DNA of 64,000 nucleotides, from the NCBI GenBank assembly GCA_965261085.1, contig OZ253442.1:448001-512000 (forward strand). Direction: 5' to 3'. A program made the translations under genes and the position numbers. The stretch comes from a bacterium (GTDB taxonomy: Bacteria; UBA8248). Positions 1 to 12,602 of this stretch are shown one piece after another. Every line of letters starts with the position of its first letter. Position 1 is the stretch's first letter. The notes beneath the pieces are model-generated. The model was given only the letters and a program-made list of their open reading frames with translations. It was not told the origin of the DNA and searched no databases.

Positions 1-142
1 AATCGGAATCGGCCTCTACCGAAGCCATCTCACCGCCCTTCTCCTGAACGGGCGGTTGGAACTCACAGCGACTCCCGAGGTCGGCGCATCCTTCATCGTC
101 GAGTTTCCCGTTCATCAATCACAATATCCTGCTCTTTCATAG
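1..142 (+). CDS. C-terminal end of a sensor histidine kinase (HATPase_c), partial
   Basis: Frame from nt 2 reads IGIGLYRSHLTALLLNGRLELTATPEVGASFIVEFP..., matching the G2 box and terminal beta strands of HATPase_c; TAG at 140-142. Confidence 0.65.
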   Translation, partial: IGIGLYRSHLTALLLNGRLELTATPEVGASFIVEFPVHQSQYPALS

Positions 143-154
143 GAATCCATCTAC

Positions 155-1228
155 ATGACCGAGAAGAAGCGAATTTCCGAAGAAGCGCTCGTTCGTTTCG
201 CCACGAAAATCATCATGGCCCTCGGAGCCAGCGAGGAGCGCGCCAAAGTGACGGCGGAAATCCTCGCGGCGGCGGATATGCGCGGAATATCGAGCCACGG
301 CGTGGCGGGCGGGACGGGCTTGCGCGAACTCGTCGAGCGCATCCGAAAAGACGCCATCGACCCGAAAGCCACGCCGAGCGTCAAGCGAAATGAAAACTGG
401 GCCGTCGCCACCATGGACGCGCGAGCCGGCATCGGCCCGGCGGCGGCGATGGATGCGACCCGCCTCGCGGGCGATTTGGCAGAAAAATACGGCATCGGAA
501 AAGTCTATGTGCACAACGCCAATCACTTCGGGGCGGCATGCGTGTATGTAGAGGCGCTCATCGAACAGGGCCTGGCCGGCCGCGCCACATGCACCTCCGG
601 CGCCTGGATGAAGCCATTCGGGGGAAAAAAGATTCGGCTGGGAACCAACCCCATCGCCTGGGGAGTGCCTGCGGGAGATCAGGCCATCGTCATCGACGTG
701 GCCACCACGCAGCGCGCCGTGAGCCCCGCCATTCGCGCCAGCCGTGCGGGAGAGGCAATACCGCCCGATTATTTTCTTTATAAAAACGGAGAGGTCATGT
801 CCGGTCACGTGGCGTATGACGAACTGATCAAAGGCTCCGTCCTGCCCCTGGGAGGAACGCAGTTCGGCTACAAGGGCTCCGGCCTCGCCGTGCTCGTGGA
901 TTTGGACGGCGTCATCGGCGGCGGCGCGACGCAAAGCATTCCGACGCTGCGCGTTCAACCCGACGCCCGCATCACCCAGACGATAGAAGCCTGGAGGCTG
1001 GACGCGCTCTATCCTTTAGAGGATGCAAAGAAGCTGTTGGCCGAGGCGGTGAGAGACATCAAAAGCTGCGGGGGACCGGAGATGCTGCTTCCGGGAGAAC
1101 GCGAGGCGCGGAAAAAAGCGGACGCGGAGAAAAATGGCATCCCCTATGAAGCCAGTCAGTGGGACACACTCAAAATGATAGGAGGCTGGCTGGGCGTCGA
1201 GCCGCCCGAAGCTATGCAGGAGAATTGA
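155..1228 (+). CDS. Ldh_2 family (malate/L-lactate/ureidoglycolate-type) oxidoreductase
   Basis: ADMRGISSHG, NHFGA, LGTNPIAW, GYKGSGL and LLPGERE motifs. Confidence 0.9.
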   Translation: MTEKKRISEEALVRFATKIIMALGASEERAKVTAEILAAADMRGISSHGVAGGTGLRELVERIRKDAIDPKATPSVKRNENWAVATMDARAGIGPAAAMDATRLAGDLAEKYGIGKVYVHNANHFGAACVYVEALIEQGLAGRATCTSGAWMKPFGGKKIRLGTNPIAWGVPAGDQAIVIDVATTQRAVSPAIRASRAGEAIPPDYFLYKNGEVMSGHVAYDELIKGSVLPLGGTQFGYKGSGLAVLVDLDGVIGGGATQSIPTLRVQPDARITQTIEAWRLDALYPLEDAKKLLAEAVRDIKSCGGPEMLLPGEREARKKADAEKNGIPYEASQWDTLKMIGGWLGVEPPEAMQEN

Positions 1229-1299
1229 TACACTGAACAAGCTGCTTTCAGGACATCAGCCCAAGAGCGCGCGCCGGAGCCGCATCCGCAAATTACCGT

Positions 1300-2550
1300 C
1301 TAAGCGTTTCGCTCCAGGCGAACGGTTTCTATCTGCCGCTCGTTCGCCGATTCTACGGTGAGCGTCCAGCCCTCCAGGGATATGTACTCGCCTTCATTTG
1401 GGATATGCTCGAACCGCTCCAGAAGATAGCCCGCCAAGGTCTCGTAATCCCCCTCGGGTATAGGCAGCGAAAGCGCCTCGCGCACGTCCTCGACCTCCAT
1501 GCGGGAATCAACGAGATACTGCTCCTCGCCCATCTTGTGGAACATGCGGACTTCGTCGACGTCATACTCGTCAGCGATGTCGCCCACGATCTCCTCCACC
1601 AAATCCTCCATGGTCACGATGCCGGTGCAGGCCCCGTACTCATCCACCACCACGGCCATCTTCTCTTTTCGACTCATCAACTCATCGAGAAGACTATCGG
1701 CGGGCTTCGTTTCCGGCACGAAATAAGCGCTCCGGATGAGGCCTTCTTTTTCCCTGAGGCTTCCAGCGGCATCCGCCCCCAGTCCGAGAATATCCCTCGC
1801 ATGAACGACGCCCACGATGTGGTGCAGGTTTTCCCTGTAGATCAGAATCCTCGAGTGGCCATCGTCCTCGATTTTTTCGATCACCTCCCCCACCATGCTC
1901 TCCTCGTCCACCGCCGAGAGATCCACGATGGGCACCAGCACGTTTTCCATGTCCAACTCGCCGAACGTGAAGATGCGGCCTATCATCTGTCGCTCGAGAA
2001 CCTGCACGTCTCCATCGCTTTGCTCTTCCATGAGCGATTCGAGTTCCTGCCGCGTGACGAAAGGCGTGCTTTCTCCATTGCGTGTTCCCAGCCCCAAAGC
2101 GGCGCCGATGAGCGCGCTGATCAGCCAAACCAACGGATACACCAGCAGCCTGGCGCCCCAGACGATGCGCGCCAACAAAGGGGCGAGCTCATCAGCGCGA
2201 TCCTGGCAATACCCCTTGGGAACCACCTCGCCGAACACCACCAGAAGCGGAATCACGAGGGCGACCGATAGCGCCTCCCCATAGGTGGGACCGACGAAAT
2301 TGATAGCCGCGATGGTGGCCAGAGAAACGTTCGTCACGAAACTCGCGTTATGACAGGTGAGAATCGTTCCCATGAGCCATTCGGGTTTTTCCAGAAGCGC
2401 CAGGGCGAGCGAAGCGCCCCTGTTCCCTTCTTCCGCCTTGGCCTTCAGACGGGCGCGATCCGCGGAAACGATGGCGATCTCCGCACCCGAGAACAACGCC
2501 TCCACCAGGAGCAGGATGAGGCCGATGATGATGACCGAGTAGATATCCAA
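1300..2550 (-). CDS. CNNM/HlyC-CorC family membrane protein (DUF21-CBS-CorC)
   Basis: FSGAEIAIVS, FGEVVPK, HSRI, VVDEYG, EDLVEEIVGDIADEYD; probable TTG start at 2550, 1 nt after the upstream stop. Confidence 0.9.
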   Translation of the reverse strand: MDIYSVIIIGLILLLVEALFSGAEIAIVSADRARLKAKAEEGNRGASLALALLEKPEWLMGTILTCHNASFVTNVSLATIAAINFVGPTYGEALSVALVIPLLVVFGEVVPKGYCQDRADELAPLLARIVWGARLLVYPLVWLISALIGAALGLGTRNGESTPFVTRQELESLMEEQSDGDVQVLERQMIGRIFTFGELDMENVLVPIVDLSAVDEESMVGEVIEKIEDDGHSRILIYRENLHHIVGVVHARDILGLGADAAGSLREKEGLIRSAYFVPETKPADSLLDELMSRKEKMAVVVDEYGACTGIVTMEDLVEEIVGDIADEYDVDEVRMFHKMGEEQYLVDSRMEVEDVREALSLPIPEGDYETLAGYLLERFEHIPNEGEYISLEGWTLTVESANERQIETVRLERNA

Positions 2551-2551
2551 C

Positions 2552-3823
2552 TCAGAATTCCCTCCGTCTTCGCGCGCGCACCTGCAGGACGCGGGAGCCA
2601 CTCGTCTCGGTCACCGTGAATTCCACGTTCCCCAGGCGAACCTGCTCGTTCAACGAGGGCACACGGCCAAGCATCGTGAAAACCGCGCCGCCCAGCGTGT
2701 TCGCCTCCTCGTAGTCGGGGAGTTCCCAGCCGCTCACCGCCGAGAATTCAGCCAGGGGAACACGTCCCTGACACAGGTATGAATCCTCATCTTCCTGCTC
2801 AATCCAGGTTTCCTCGACTTCTTCATGTTCATCCTTGATTTCGCCGAAAATTTCCTCGAGCAGATCCGTCATCGACACCAGGCCGAGGGTGCCGCCGAAT
2901 TCATCCTGAACGATGGCGACGTGGGTTCGCTCGTTCCGAAACCGCCGGAACAAACGGTCGAGCTTCATGCCGCCCGGAACCATGAGGGGAGGACGCAACA
3001 TCTGTTTCGTCAAACGCTCCTCGGGGCCGAAATTATTTCGCCCCACCTGGCGCAGAAAATCCTTGACATACAAAACGCCTACTATCTGATCCCTGTCCCG
3101 TTGGAAAATCGGGATGCGTGAATGCGTCGCCGTGCGAACGCGATTGACCACTTCGGCGACGGGCAGGTCCATCTCCCAGCACTCCAGATCCGTGCGTGGC
3201 ACCGCCACTTCCGAGATAGTTCTGTCGTGAAAACCAAACACGTTGTGAATGAGCTCGCGCTCGCCCTCTTCGAGTTCACCTTCGGCATGGCCCGCGTCCA
3301 CAAGATGCAAGAATTCGTCTTCCATGAGAATGCTCTGCGGATCGCGCGGGGGCGCCCCCATGCAGGAGAGCACGCCGTTCGCCACCTGTAAAAAGACCCA
3401 CCGCAACGGAGAGATGACACGCGCGAAGACGGATATGGGATACGCCAGGAATCGCGAGAACCGCTCCGGATACCGGGCCGCCAGGGATTTGGGCGTGATC
3501 TCACCGAATACCATGAGGATCGGCGTCATGAACACGGGCGCGAGCCACCTCTTCTCGGGCTCCAGATAAGCCACCACGACGCCCGTGAACAACGCGGAGG
3601 AAACAATGTTCACGATTTCGTTGCCCATCAAAATGGAGGTGATCAGTCGCCTGGGCCTGTCCAGAAGGTCGGATATCCGCTCGCCCATGCCCCCTTCCCG
3701 GCGCATGGCGCGCACCCTGGGACGCGGAAGGGAGAAAAGGGCCGTCTCGCTGGCCGAGAAACCGGCGGAGCAAAACATGAGGATAACAAAAGCGGCGAGC
3801 CGGAAGAGCAGGTCGGCATCCAT
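2552..3823 (-). CDS. CNNM/HlyC-CorC family membrane protein (DUF21-CBS-CorC)
   Basis: FSASETALFSL, FGEITPK, HSRIP, DEFGGTLGLV, DLLEEIFGEIKDE. Confidence 0.9.
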   Translation of the reverse strand: MDADLLFRLAAFVILMFCSAGFSASETALFSLPRPRVRAMRREGGMGERISDLLDRPRRLITSILMGNEIVNIVSSALFTGVVVAYLEPEKRWLAPVFMTPILMVFGEITPKSLAARYPERFSRFLAYPISVFARVISPLRWVFLQVANGVLSCMGAPPRDPQSILMEDEFLHLVDAGHAEGELEEGERELIHNVFGFHDRTISEVAVPRTDLECWEMDLPVAEVVNRVRTATHSRIPIFQRDRDQIVGVLYVKDFLRQVGRNNFGPEERLTKQMLRPPLMVPGGMKLDRLFRRFRNERTHVAIVQDEFGGTLGLVSMTDLLEEIFGEIKDEHEEVEETWIEQEDEDSYLCQGRVPLAEFSAVSGWELPDYEEANTLGGAVFTMLGRVPSLNEQVRLGNVEFTVTETSGSRVLQVRARRRREF

Positions 3824-3899
3824 CAGTCAATGCCTCCCGGCTGATTGTGATGAAGATGTATCCACCCCGGAGGTTCGGGGTCAGGCGCAGGTTCTTCCG

Positions 3900-4781
3900 C
3901 TACCATGAGGCTGTCAATCTCCTTAAATAATTGCGAAATGCGGGGCCGATATCCTCGCGATCCAGGGCGAACTCGACCGTCGCCTCCAAAAAACCCAGTT
4001 TATCGCCCGCATCATAGCGCTTGCCCTCATACTCATAGGCGTAAAGCCGGGTGTGCTCCAGCAGCCCCCGCAACCCGTCGGTGAGTTGAATCTCTCCATT
4101 CGCATCCGGCCTCACGCGCTCGAGGACCGTGAAAATCTCGGGCGGCAGAACGTAGCGGCCGATGATTGCGACATCTGAGGGCGCATCTTCCGGTTCGGGT
4201 TTTTCCACCATCCCCTTGAGCGGCGTGACGCCCGGGGCGGGCGACGGTTCGCTGGAAGGATCGATAATACCGTATTTGGAGAGGTCGTGTTTTTCGACCC
4301 GCAGTCCTGCGACCACGCCGCCGCCATACGCATCGAACACGCGCACCAACTGGCCGATGGCGGGCTCTTCGCTCCTGATGACGTCATCGGACAATATGAC
4401 GGCGAAAGGCTCATCTCCCACGGCCGGCTTCGCGCACAAGACCGCATGGCCCAAACCCAAAGGACGCTTTTGGCGGATAGACGTAATTTGCGCTTTACGG
4501 GAGATTTCCTCCACCACGGCCAATAGTCTCTCCTCACCCCTGTCACGCAAATGAGATTCCACCTCGAAGGCGACATCAAAGTGGTCCACCATCGAAACCT
4601 TCCCGCGTCCGGTGATGAATACAATCTCCTCGATGCCGGCGTCCAGCGCCTCCTGCACGCCGATCTGGATTTGCGGAGTGTCCACGATGGGAAGCATCTC
4701 TTTCGGGATCACCTTGGTGGCGGGCAAAAACCGCGTGCCGAGCCCCGCCACAGGAAAAACAGCCTTGCGAACCCGGCTCAT
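3900..4781 (-). CDS. galU: UTP--glucose-1-phosphate uridylyltransferase
   Basis: KAVFPVAGLGTRFLPATKVIPKEMLPIVD, LGLGHAV, VEKP, GEIQLTD. Confidence 0.97.
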   Translation of the reverse strand: MSRVRKAVFPVAGLGTRFLPATKVIPKEMLPIVDTPQIQIGVQEALDAGIEEIVFITGRGKVSMVDHFDVAFEVESHLRDRGEERLLAVVEEISRKAQITSIRQKRPLGLGHAVLCAKPAVGDEPFAVILSDDVIRSEEPAIGQLVRVFDAYGGGVVAGLRVEKHDLSKYGIIDPSSEPSPAPGVTPLKGMVEKPEPEDAPSDVAIIGRYVLPPEIFTVLERVRPDANGEIQLTDGLRGLLEHTRLYAYEYEGKRYDAGDKLGFLEATVEFALDREDIGPAFRNYLRRLTASW

Positions 4782-4869
4782 GAGAAAGTTTCCATGAGAA
4801 AAAAGATATGTCGGTGCGCGTGAATACGTGACATTTGTCCTAGATCATAAAAAAAGGGATAAGCAGAGG

Positions 4870-6969
<2,100 letters not shown>

Positions 6970-7974
6970 CTAGAGCGATTCGAGGCGCTTTCGGGCGGTG
7001 GCCGCCGCACTCGAATCCGGATATTTGCCAATCACGCGGCCAAGCAACTCCCGGGCGCTTGCGTGATCGCCCAAGTTGAAAAACGAGAGCGCCTCCAGAA
7101 GAAGGGCCTCCGGCGCCTTGTCCCCGTTGGCGTAATCTACCTGCACCTTGTTAAATGCCAGGATGGCGCGCTCGAAATTCTTCTCCTGAAAATAGGACTG
7201 TCCTATCCAGTACTGCGCATCATCCGCCAACTCATGCGTGGGATATTTGGAGATGAACACGTTCAGCAGATCGCGCGCCTTCGCGAAACTTCTCTCATCG
7301 CGCAAGACGCGAATGGCCTGGGTATAGTCCTCTTCGGGATCGGGTGGCCTCGGCGCAGGCTTTTGTGGTCGACTCGCCGGCTCTTTGGGAATGACGGCGA
7401 CGCGCGCGTCTACGGCGGGCTGACCCACGGCCTGAGCGTCCTGGCTCTGCGGCAAGCCCGCGGATGCAATTTGCGTGTTGGCGGAAGGAGCGCCTACAGG
7501 CGACAACCGGGACGGCGTACCCGCCAGCGTGACGACAACCTCCTCTTTTTTTTGCGCAGCTACCAAAGGAGCCTTCGAGCGCAACTGGCTCACTTCATTT
7601 TCGAGCTTTTCGATCCGCTCTTGAAGTTTCGCTATGGCCTTCCCGGCTTTCTCCAGAGAGTTCTCGGAATCTTTCCGCGCGCGTTCGACCTCATCCGTGA
7701 TTTCCTGAATCGCTTCGCGCGCCTCCTCGATACGCTGCTCCTGGTTCCGCATTCCGCGCCTGAAACCTTGCAGATTCTTTTCGATCGCCGAAACATCGAC
7801 CGATGGATTCCGCGCGGCGACCTGAGCCGGCGGCGCGGGGCGAGATGGTGAACTCGTTCCCGGAACGATTCCCGGGCCTCCCCCCGGGGTATTCGCCTCG
7901 GGACAACCGAGCAAAACAAGAGACAGCGCAATCAACGAGAATGCTTGAAGACTGGATGCCTTGAAAGTTTTCAT
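6970..7974 (-). CDS. cpoB: Tol-Pal system protein CpoB/YbgF (lipoprotein signal, coiled coil, TPR)
   Basis: LLGC lipobox, coiled coil, LADDAQYWIGQSYF...KAPEALL TPRs, position after pal; start taken at MKTFK. Confidence 0.88.
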   Translation of the reverse strand: MKTFKASSLQAFSLIALSLVLLGCPEANTPGGGPGIVPGTSSPSRPAPPAQVAARNPSVDVSAIEKNLQGFRRGMRNQEQRIEEAREAIQEITDEVERARKDSENSLEKAGKAIAKLQERIEKLENEVSQLRSKAPLVAAQKKEEVVVTLAGTPSRLSPVGAPSANTQIASAGLPQSQDAQAVGQPAVDARVAVIPKEPASRPQKPAPRPPDPEEDYTQAIRVLRDERSFAKARDLLNVFISKYPTHELADDAQYWIGQSYFQEKNFERAILAFNKVQVDYANGDKAPEALLLEALSFFNLGDHASARELLGRVIGKYPDSSAAATARKRLESL

Positions 7975-8012
7975 AAAGAAAAACTCCCCGGCGGCCTGTG
8001 CCGACGGGGAGT
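7975..8012 (-). terminator. Intrinsic terminator-like hairpin between pal and cpoB
   Basis: Minus strand ACTCCCCGTCGGC-ACAG-GCCGCCGGGGAGT followed by TTTTCTTT. Confidence 0.7.
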
Positions 8013-8054
8013 CCTTTTCCTTAAAACACCCTTTTGCGCAGGACTGTCGGGCGA

Positions 8055-8636
8055 CTAGTTCATGCCCGCCGGAATACCGCCGATGACGTTGAACTTCGCT
8101 CGCCGATTCTTGGCCCATCCCGCTTCGTTGGAACGCGAGTCGGCCGGACGCTCCTCGCCATAGCTCACCGTATCGACCCGGGAAGGCTTGACGCCGAGCG
8201 ATACGAGATAATCGCTGGAACTTTGTGAACGCCTGTGCCCGAGCGCGATGTTGTATTCCACCGTGCCGCGCTCGTCGCAATGCCCCTCGACCTGCAGCCG
8301 AATGCTCGGGAACTCTTGCAGGAAGCGGGCCTTGGCGTCCAGGATCGCGCGCATGTCGGGGCGGATATCCGATTTGTCAAAATCGAAGTACACCAAGTCG
8401 TTTTCAAACTCGGCCAACGAGCGCTTGAAGGCGGCGCGCTTTTGACGGCGATCCGACTCCGTCATGCTCATTTCCTTTTTCATCTCGGGTTTAGGAGGTT
8501 GCTTTTTTCTCACCATGGGAGCCGGCGGTTTGGGCGGCGGCAGTTCTTCGGTTTCCACCGTCTGTTTCACGCAACCCACGGCGAATACGAGCATCGTAGC
8601 TATCAATAAAGATTTAACACGACCCGATAACAACAT
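8055..8636 (-). CDS. pal: Peptidoglycan-associated lipoprotein
   Basis: AVGC lipobox; VYFDFDKSDI, VEGHCDERGTVEYNIALG, VSYGEERP, NRRA. Confidence 0.97.
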   Translation of the reverse strand: MLLSGRVKSLLIATMLVFAVGCVKQTVETEELPPPKPPAPMVRKKQPPKPEMKKEMSMTESDRRQKRAAFKRSLAEFENDLVYFDFDKSDIRPDMRAILDAKARFLQEFPSIRLQVEGHCDERGTVEYNIALGHRRSQSSSDYLVSLGVKPSRVDTVSYGEERPADSRSNEAGWAKNRRAKFNVIGGIPAGMN

Positions 8637-8824
8637 ACAGACATCCCCCTCGGAGTCTCTAGTTCATATATGTTCAGAGTGAGAAGCGTGATACATCACG
8701 GAGCGGAAACTCTTCCCCTCTTCATCCATCCACAGACATACGCAAGCGAAGTATAAAGGGCGAATGCGCGATGAGCAAGCCCAATTCTCATTTTTTCGAG
8801 AGATATCTCCTGATTTTTAAAATT

Positions 8825-10129
8825 TTACCTCGACATGGGCGACCAGGCGGGTTCCTGGCCGAGTTGAAGCCGCTTGAGTTGCGTGCCGGCGGAGGTCATC
8901 ACATATACATATTTTCTGCCGCTCCGATCGGAGGAGAAGGCGATGTGCCGGCCATCGGGAGACCAGGTGGGGGATTCATTGCGGCCCTGGCTGCCCGTGA
9001 GGCGGCGCAAGTCGGCGCCATCAACGTTCATCGTGGCGATGTCTATTTCCTTTCCCTGTTTGATGCGACTCGTCAGGGCGATTCTGTCCCCCCGGGGGCT
9101 CCATTCGGGTTCGGTATTGTATTTTCCCTTGAACGTGATGCGCCTCGGGCTGGAGCCGTCCACATTCATGACGTAAATGTGGGGATTTCCCAAACGACTC
9201 GACGTAAAGGCGATTTTTTTACCATTCGGCGAAAACGTGGGAGATACGTCGATGCCGAAGCTCCGGGTGAGCCTTCTCTTCACGCGGGTACGCAAATCGT
9301 AGCGGAAAATCTCATAGTTTCGCCTCACGAGCTCGGCAAACGCGAAGTAGCGCGAATTCGAAGAAAAAGCGCCTCCGATGGCTTGCGCGAGAGAAGAACT
9401 CACCTTGAACTCGCGCGCCCCGTTCGTGGGCAGCAGAAACACGCCGGGCGGCATGGATTTGAACGAAGAATACGCCATCCATCTTCCGTCGGGAGACCAC
9501 GCGGGCGCGTTGTTGCCCATTCCGTTACGCGTCACCCGCCTGAGTTCGGAGCCGTCCCAGTCCATGATGTAGATCTCTCCGCGTTCCTTGAGCGAACGCC
9601 TCGAGACGAATGCTATCTGGGTGTCGAACACTCCCTTCTCGCCCGTGTAACGCTCGAGCACCGCGTTGGCGAATCGGTGGGCCAGCAAACGCCAGCCGCT
9701 CCTGGGGTAGCGATACCGCTTACCCAACTCCTGGGCGAAGCTTTTCGTATCGTAGAGGTAGACTTCCGCGGTGATGGTATTTCCAGAAATGGTGTAGCCG
9801 CCCTTGATGAGGGCATCCACCTTGACCACCTTGCTCCAGTCGGAGAAGCGCTGCTCGTCCTTGCGAATCCCCGCGCGCAGGGGATTCTCCAGATAGCCCT
9901 TGCGATTAGGGATGAAAAACAAGCCGCTGCGCTTGAGGTCTGATTCGATGACTTGCGCCATCTTGAGGCCCAGTGGGTCGCGCCGGTCGTCGAGGGCGCG
10001 AAACTCGGGAATCGCCAGTCGTATCTTTCTGGCTGTGGGGGAATAGATATCGATGAACACGCGAGCGGCGTCAGCAGCTTGCGGCCATGAGAAAATCATG
10101 ATGATGAGAAAAATCGCCCGACGAAGCAT
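8825..10129 (-). CDS. tolB: Tol-Pal beta-propeller protein TolB
   Basis: Signal peptide, TolB N-domain (AHRFAN...G.F.TQIAF), repeated PAWSPDG/PTFSPNG/PEWSPRG. Confidence 0.95.
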   Translation of the reverse strand: MLRRAIFLIIMIFSWPQAADAARVFIDIYSPTARKIRLAIPEFRALDDRRDPLGLKMAQVIESDLKRSGLFFIPNRKGYLENPLRAGIRKDEQRFSDWSKVVKVDALIKGGYTISGNTITAEVYLYDTKSFAQELGKRYRYPRSGWRLLAHRFANAVLERYTGEKGVFDTQIAFVSRRSLKERGEIYIMDWDGSELRRVTRNGMGNNAPAWSPDGRWMAYSSFKSMPPGVFLLPTNGAREFKVSSSLAQAIGGAFSSNSRYFAFAELVRRNYEIFRYDLRTRVKRRLTRSFGIDVSPTFSPNGKKIAFTSSRLGNPHIYVMNVDGSSPRRITFKGKYNTEPEWSPRGDRIALTSRIKQGKEIDIATMNVDGADLRRLTGSQGRNESPTWSPDGRHIAFSSDRSGRKYVYVMTSAGTQLKRLQLGQEPAWSPMSR

Positions 10130-10173
10130 CCGGCCCTCCCGCAGGTGTGGTCTGGTTTGAATTTTTTCTCGCA

Positions 10174-11223
10174 TCAACGGCAAAAATCCCTGCCGCAGAA
10201 TCGAAAACCGAGGAAAAGCCAGTTTTCCTTTATCGTATCAGGCGGCTTGGGCAGGGAGGGTTTGGCGGCCCGCTCCACGGCGCGCAGCGCCGCCTGATCG
10301 TAAATATTGTTCCCGCTGTAGCGCACGATCCGCAGATTGCGATAATTTCCTTCCCTATCCACATCTATCGTGACGTCGGTCTTGAGTCGGCTCAGCTCAG
10401 CGATGCCTGGGGGCACCGTCCATAAACCCCGAATTCGCTCCGCCAGAAGTCCATAATATCTCTCCTTGTCCGTTCGCGCGACGCCGCCGCTGCCGCCCGC
10501 GCGGCTGCCGCCGCCCTGGCCGTCGCCTCCCCCCTCGCCGGCGTATCCCTTCAAAGGCCCCCGGTTCCTGGGCGCGAGGTCCGCTTTTGCGAGGCGATCG
10601 TCACTCATCCTGTTATCGCGAGGGCGTTTTTTCGTTTTAGCCGGTGTTTTTTTTTCGTTTTTCTTGAAACGATTGCGCCAACGCCTGGCGCGCTCTCTAC
10701 GCTCGTGTATCCGCCTGAGGCGCGCTTCGCGCACAGGATCGTGCTTTTTTTTCCGCACGACCTTTTGGGGATTCTTTTTCGGGATGCGTCGAACTTCTTT
10801 ACGGGGGGTTTTCTTCTTGACGACCTTTTTTTTCTTCTTCTTGGCGGGCGCGGTTTTTTTCTCGGGCGCCGCTATCTTCCTCGTCCCCTCGTCCGGCCCT
10901 TTTCGAGGAACGGGCGCTTCCACGTCCTCGGGTCGATCGCCGGATTTTCCCCGCGCAGAACCTCCCGGAATTTCATCCACTCCCACCAGGCTGACGGCCG
11001 TTCCGCTTCCGAAAAACCGGTATTTCGGCTGAGAGGGCGCCAGGCTCACCCAGATGAAGAGAGCGGCGTGCAAAACAACGGAAGCCGCCAGCGCCCGGAG
11101 AAACCGGTGATCGCGGAGCAACCCGCCCCTCTCGCCGTTCGCCACCCGAAGGCTCCCGCCCGAGCGGGGTGAATGCGCGCCTGGAGGATTGGAATTTTGC
11201 GAGAACTCCGGTTTTTTATTCAT
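10174..11223 (-). CDS. tolA: TolA / TonB C-terminal domain protein
   Basis: TM helix with SVVLH, Lys/Arg-rich linker, SGNNIYDQAALRAV C-domain; lies between tolR and tolB. Confidence 0.85.
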   Translation of the reverse strand: MNKKPEFSQNSNPPGAHSPRSGGSLRVANGERGGLLRDHRFLRALAASVVLHAALFIWVSLAPSQPKYRFFGSGTAVSLVGVDEIPGGSARGKSGDRPEDVEAPVPRKGPDEGTRKIAAPEKKTAPAKKKKKKVVKKKTPRKEVRRIPKKNPQKVVRKKKHDPVREARLRRIHERRERARRWRNRFKKNEKKTPAKTKKRPRDNRMSDDRLAKADLAPRNRGPLKGYAGEGGGDGQGGGSRAGGSGGVARTDKERYYGLLAERIRGLWTVPPGIAELSRLKTDVTIDVDREGNYRNLRIVRYSGNNIYDQAALRAVERAAKPSLPKPPDTIKENWLFLGFRFCGRDFCR

Positions 11224-11238
11224 GGGGCCACTGGCTTC

Positions 11239-11679
11239 TCAGCGTCGGCGCCGCCCGCCCCGAGAAGATTCCAGGGGGTCGGTCACCATGTTGAGGTGGT
11301 TGATGCCCGCCGCGCGAATGATGGCCATGACCTTCACCACTTCGCCATAAGGAACCACGCGGTCCGCCCGGAGAAAGATTTCCTTGCGCCTCCTGTCCTT
11401 GAATAGCGCCGTGAGCTTCTCCTTCAACTCGGAGGCGACCAGCGGATTATCATTTATATACATGTCGTGTTTTTTGTCCAACGTGATGACGACGGCATCC
11501 TCGGCCACGTTCGCCTTCGCCGCCCGCACCTGCGGTAAATCCACGTTCACGGCCTGGTTCTGCGTCTCGAGCAGGGGGGCCGTAACCATGAAAATCACCA
11601 ACAACACCAGCATCACGTCCACGAGCGGCGTAACGTTGATGTCCGAGATGCTCGAACCTCGGTTCAGCTTAACGGCCAC
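11239..11679 (-). CDS. tolR: TolR (ExbD/TolR family)
   Basis: INVTPLVDVMLVLLVIFMVTAP, LRADRVVPYG. Confidence 0.95.
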   Translation of the reverse strand: MAVKLNRGSSISDINVTPLVDVMLVLLVIFMVTAPLLETQNQAVNVDLPQVRAAKANVAEDAVVITLDKKHDMYINDNPLVASELKEKLTALFKDRRRKEIFLRADRVVPYGEVVKVMAIIRAAGINHLNMVTDPLESSRGGRRRR

Positions 11680-11694
11680 GGGAGGCTCCGCTCG

Positions 11695-12456
11695 TCATAA
11701 ACGCATGAAATGGCGGTCAACCAGGTTGAGGAAATCCGCCGTGAAGTTTTCGATTTCATCTGCAATCACTTTCACGCGGCCCTGGTAGTGATTATAGGCG
11801 ATCACGGCGGGGATGGCAGCCAGCAGCCCGAGCGCCGTGGCGATGAGCGCCTCGCTGATGCCCGGCGCGACGACGGCGAGCCCGGCGGAGCCTTTCGCGC
11901 CAATCTCGCGAAACGAATTCATAATGCCCCACACCGTGCCGAAGAGCCCGATGAACGGCGTGGTGCTCGCCGTGGTGGCCAGAAAGGTCAGCATCCGCTC
12001 CAGCCTGCCCACCTGTTCGTTCGCGGCGCGCCTCAGCGCGCGTTCGACGCTCTCCACCCCCGTCATTTCCGAGGTGAGAACGCTCGAATCCTCATCTCCT
12101 TCCCGAGAGCGCGTTTTCAGCACCTGCTCGGCTTCCTGATAGCCCGCGGCGAACACCTCGCCCACCGGACTGCTCTCGTGCTCGTCGAGTTCCGCGTACA
12201 GCCTGTCGAGGCGCTTGGAGCGCCAAAACGCATCGACGAATTTCGCCGAGCGCCGCCTCGCTCCCCGAAGCTCCCAAAACTTCCAGATGATGACGGCCCA
12301 GGAAGAGAGCGAGAAAAAAATGAGCACGAGCAAAACGAAAAACACCATGCCGCCCGATTGGGTGGCGAGGGCGATGACGTCCATTTCTTCTTGAAGCGGT
12401 GCGAGTGGCGCGGAATCACCCGCCGGCAAGGCGACCGCGGCCAAAAACGGGAGCAA
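11695..12456 (-). CDS. tolQ: TolQ (MotA/TolQ/ExbB family)
   Basis: LATTASTTPFIGLFGTVWGIMNSF, VAPGISEALIATALGL. Confidence 0.95.
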   Translation of the reverse strand: MLPFLAAVALPAGDSAPLAPLQEEMDVIALATQSGGMVFFVLLVLIFFSLSSWAVIIWKFWELRGARRRSAKFVDAFWRSKRLDRLYAELDEHESSPVGEVFAAGYQEAEQVLKTRSREGDEDSSVLTSEMTGVESVERALRRAANEQVGRLERMLTFLATTASTTPFIGLFGTVWGIMNSFREIGAKGSAGLAVVAPGISEALIATALGLLAAIPAVIAYNHYQGRVKVIADEIENFTADFLNLVDRHFMRL

Positions 12457-12602
12457 GGCGATTCTCCTCCTGGGCGGAGCAGGCAGTATCGCCCTTTTTA
12501 CCGGTCGCCGTCAAACCAAACGGGCCGATGCAAATCGTTGACATCTCCTCCAAAGCCTGGTGATAATGAGCCTCCCGCCCGCCCCTGGAGGCGTCGCCCG
12601 CA

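Noticed and set aside
1300-3823. Tandem CNNM/CorC genes as a recent duplication
   Set aside because: The two proteins are strongly diverged, and paired paralogs of this family are common.
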